64,000 nucleotides of DNA from Auanema rhodensis (taxonomy: Eukaryota > Animalia > Nematoda), in NCBI GenBank assembly GCA_964057225.1, contig CAXKVF010000075.1, positions 248,001 through 312,000 of the forward strand. The letters are read 5' to 3'. The notes under the pieces were generated by a model that was not told the origin of the DNA, ran no database searches, and saw only the letters and a program-made list of their open reading frames with translations. Shown here piece after piece: positions 62,174 to 64,000 of the stretch (the first letter of the stretch is position 1; each line of letters opens with the position of its first letter). Both the position numbers and the translations under genes were made by a program.

Positions 62174-62202
62174 CATCACGTGTACATTTAATTAGCATAA
62201 AT
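62174..62202 (+). repeat. 29-bp direct re-copy of satellite monomer positions 9-37 at the retroelement 5' junction
   Basis: CATCACGTGTACATTTAATTAGCATAAAT at 62137-62165 is repeated exactly at 62174-62202, after TAAAGTT and one extra T. Confidence 0.95.
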
Positions 62203-62304
62203 CGTTGACCTAGTTTCCTCGTTGACCTAGTTTCCTCGTTGACCTAGTTTCCTCGTTGACCTAGTTTCCTCGTTGACCTAGTTTCCTCGTTGACCTAGTT
62301 TCCT
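62203..62304 (+). repeat. Six perfect tandem copies of 17-bp CGTTGACCTAGTTTCCT
   Basis: Units start at 62203, 62220, 62237, 62254, 62271 and 62288; no mismatches; unrelated to the satellite monomer. Confidence 0.98.
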
Positions 62305-62504
62305 GGCCACGGAAGGTGATCCCTGCTCTGCTCTGTTCGTTCCTGCCGTCTTCAGCCGTATCTGTCTGGATTTTATTCGTCGGATTGGTTTTTTTTCAAG
62401 GTACGCTCACTTTTTCTCTCGTTCTTTTTTTCTCTTCTTTTTATTTATCTTCACTTTATTTATTTATTTTTTTTTTCTCTCACCTCTCTTTATATTGTTT
62501 CATT
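62305..62504 (+). promoter_or_regulatory. Putative LINE 5' UTR / internal promoter region with long pyrimidine (T-rich) tract
   Basis: Lies between the 17-bp repeats and the first ATG (62505); ~62389-62504 is dominated by T/C runs. LINEs generally use internal Pol II promoters. Confidence 0.6.
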
Positions 62505-63578
62505 ATGTCTTTTGTGACCAATGATTTTCTTACAAGTGCTCTCGAAACATTTTCCAAATCACTTGAATGCTCATTTGCTAAACTTTCAAGCGATATAAAA
62601 AATGAGCTTAATTGTATGAAAATCAAAGTCAGTTCTCACGAGGCTCGCTTGAACCTTATCGAAACGGATTTCAAATCTCGTTTGGAAAAGTTAGAGCAGA
62701 AGCTTGCCAGTTTTTCTCAACCATCTCCTCACTGTAATTCCGTTTCCATTGCATCATCTTCCCAATTAAATGTTGCATGCCAGCTACAAAAATTGAGATC
62801 AGAGGAGACAAAATACTCTTACCGCAGTAACCGGGCTCTCTGGTTTCGCGTACCTTTGACTTCAGATGAATTTCCAAACGATCCACTTTCATTATTGAAA
62901 CTCATCGTCAAGAAGTCCAATGATAGTACTTTGTCTTCTCTTATCGATAGCAACCAAATCACAATTGCACGCTCTACTCTCAAATCAAACTTTCCTGGTC
63001 CCTTAATTATTACTTGTCCCTCCATCGATTTACGAGACAGAACTATCGAGGTTATCAAAGCCAACAAATCTAAGTGCTTCATTACTCTTTCCAAAACATT
63101 CCTACGCCGCGACTACCTTCCTTTTGAAATTGAACTAGAAAAAAGTTTACGCGCCGAAGCTAAAATTAAAAATGAAAACAATCTTAAAAGCGTTTTTCTT
63201 GTACGCGATCTCAAACTGATAGAAGTATCTCGTAAACCGATCACCACCCTATCCCCTACCACTAACATCATAGCTACTAATTCCAACGGTCCAATTTCTA
63301 AAACTTCTTATAATACCCACAATTGTCCTGTTTCATTAACCACATTAGACGTTGTTTCTAGTCCTCCTTGTAAATCGGGCAGATCCAGTCGGTCTAAGGA
63401 AAGGCAAAAACCAGTCTCCAAGGATAAAATGCTTTCCATTAGTCCTAGAAGACGGAAAAATCCACCCCGTAATGCCAAGTCTAGTACCATTGAACCAACT
63501 GGACCTATTGCCAGATCTACAAGTAGCCCTCTAGCAACCTCTTTGTCTCTTACGCATGATAACCTGTCCTTTCGTTAA
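62505..63578 (+). CDS. LINE ORF1 protein (357 aa), putative RNA-binding/chaperone
   Basis: First ATG of the track ORF is 62505 (MSFVTNDF...). Heptad coiled coil (LSSDIKNEL...RLNLIETDFKSRLEKLEQKL), RSNRALWFRVP and PGPLIITC in positions typical of an ORF1 RRM, FLRRDY...EKSLRAEA...N...FLVRDLKL CTD-like motif, and an S/T/P/basic disordered tail. Directly upstream of an APE ORF. Confidence 0.85.
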   Translation: MSFVTNDFLTSALETFSKSLECSFAKLSSDIKNELNCMKIKVSSHEARLNLIETDFKSRLEKLEQKLASFSQPSPHCNSVSIASSSQLNVACQLQKLRSEETKYSYRSNRALWFRVPLTSDEFPNDPLSLLKLIVKKSNDSTLSSLIDSNQITIARSTLKSNFPGPLIITCPSIDLRDRTIEVIKANKSKCFITLSKTFLRRDYLPFEIELEKSLRAEAKIKNENNLKSVFLVRDLKLIEVSRKPITTLSPTTNIIATNSNGPISKTSYNTHNCPVSLTTLDVVSSPPCKSGRSSRSKERQKPVSKDKMLSISPRRRKNPPRNAKSSTIEPTGPIARSTSSPLATSLSLTHDNLSFR

Positions 63579-64000
63579 CAATGTTTCTGTCAATACCCAA
63601 TCTAGCTCATTAATCATTTCTAATCTTTCTGTTCACTGTTACAATGCCCGCTCTATTCTTAACAAATTACATCTACTCCCAATCGTTCTTTTGTCTGACT
63701 CCCCTGATATAGTTGCTATATCAGAAACCTGGCTTCATTCTCAGTTTAACACTGACCTATTACCACTGAGAGACACCTACAGTATCCTTAGAGCTGATAG
63801 ATGTACCTCTCGTGGAGGTGGTGTACTTCTTTTCATTAAAAAACACATTAACTTCCGTCTTGTCTCTTGTTCCTCTCATCTATCTTCTGTCCAATTTTTA
63901 AATATTGTAATAACTTCATTAAATGCTGTTTTCTCTATTTGCTACCGCTCTCCTTCATCAACTCACGCCGACTTTTCTGAATATCTTTCGGATATTGAGA
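63556..64000 (+). CDS. LINE ORF2 (pol) N-terminus: apurinic/apyrimidinic-like (APE/EEP) endonuclease domain; open to window end
   Basis: Manual translation from ATG 63556: MITCPFVNNVSVNTQSSSLIISNLSVHCYNARSILNKLHLLPIVLLSDSPDIVAISETWLHSQFNTDLLPLRDTYSILRADRCTSRGGGVLLFIKKHINFRLVSCSSHLSSVQFLNIVITSLNAVFSICYRSPSSTHADFSEYLSDIE. Motifs YNARS (63640), ISETWL (SETW at 63721), DR..RGGGV (RGGGV at 63811) and YRSPS (63943) are canonical; no stop in 148 codons. Confidence 0.95.
   Translation, partial: MITCPFVNNVSVNTQSSSLIISNLSVHCYNARSILNKLHLLPIVLLSDSPDIVAISETWLHSQFNTDLLPLRDTYSILRADRCTSRGGGVLLFIKKHINFRLVSCSSHLSSVQFLNIVITSLNAVFSICYRSPSSTHADFSEYLSDIE

Larger units (their letters stand above)
62203..64000 (+). 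mobile_element. Non-LTR retrotransposon (LINE, CR1-like / Jockey superclade), 5' portion; truncated by window edge
   Basis: Architecture 5' repeats - 5'UTR - ORF1 (coiled coil + RRM/CTD-like) - overlapping ORF2 starting with an APE endonuclease; C/T-rich sense strand. The clade call rests on EN motifs only, because the RT lies outside the window. Membership of the 17-mers in the element is inferred. Confidence 0.9.

Noticed and set aside
62174-62202. 29-bp duplication as the canonical target-site duplication
   Set aside because: Both copies lie on the 5' side of the element; a true TSD needs the 3' flank, which is outside the window.
1-62304. CRISPR array or rDNA/5S/tRNA/spliced-leader tandem gene array interpretation
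   Set aside because: There are no unique spacers in either the 176-bp or 17-bp repeats and no cas genes. I recognise no 5S, tRNA (A/B box) or SL1 sequence in the monomer.
62203-62304. 17-mer as de novo telomere addition
   Set aside because: It is internal, followed directly by LINE sequence, and does not match canonical TTAGGC/TTAGG(G) repeats. A non-canonical telomere cannot be supported from this window.
62316-62504. Hydrophobic 63-aa N-terminal extension of ORF1 (looks like signal/TM segments)
   Set aside because: Starts at GTG and is the translation of the T-rich 5' UTR (Phe/Leu/Ser codons). The first ATG at 62505 is the plausible eukaryotic start.
62401-62536. Possible intron (AAG|GTACG ... 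pyrimidine tract ... TACAAG)
   Set aside because: Splice signals are weak, absence of AG is expected in a T/C tract, and splicing would delete the ORF1 ATG; there is no transcript evidence.
62671-63490. Three minus-strand ORFs (62671-62892, 62819-63094, 63308-63490)
   Set aside because: Short antisense shadows of ORF1 with no recognisable motifs.
63352-63534. 60-aa plus-strand ORF inside ORF1, same frame as ORF2
   Set aside because: Separated from ORF2 by TAG at 63532-63534, begins at a non-ATG codon and has no EN motifs; the EN domain starts normally downstream.

Overview
Eukaryotic repetitive DNA in two parts. Bases 1-62172 are one head-to-tail satellite array: 353 full copies plus one partial copy of a 176-bp, ~32% GC monomer. 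All copies are in the same orientation, the register never shifts, and they differ only by scattered substitutions. These SNPs show nested segmental duplications (about 4-, 6-, 7-, 12-, 14-, 15-, 16/20-, 23- and 35-mers) and an emerging 5-monomer (880-bp) higher-order repeat near the right end. The monomer is rich in dyad symmetries and E-box (CACGTG) motifs. At 62173 the array is interrupted by the 5' end of an apparently intact, full-length non-LTR retrotransposon (CR1-like, Jockey superclade). In order, there is a 29-bp re-copied satellite fragment at the junction, six perfect 17-bp repeats, a pyrimidine-rich 5' UTR, ORF1 (357 aa from ATG 62505), and an overlapping ORF2 with an APE endonuclease domain that runs off the window and is missing from the ORF track. 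The most interesting candidate system is a young LINE with a 5' tandem-repeat head inserted inside the hairpin of a highly homogeneous satellite, possibly a satellite-targeting element. That targeting, and the host (ORF1 looks nematode-like), are inferences that need genome-wide checks. Monomer variants were tracked by eye.
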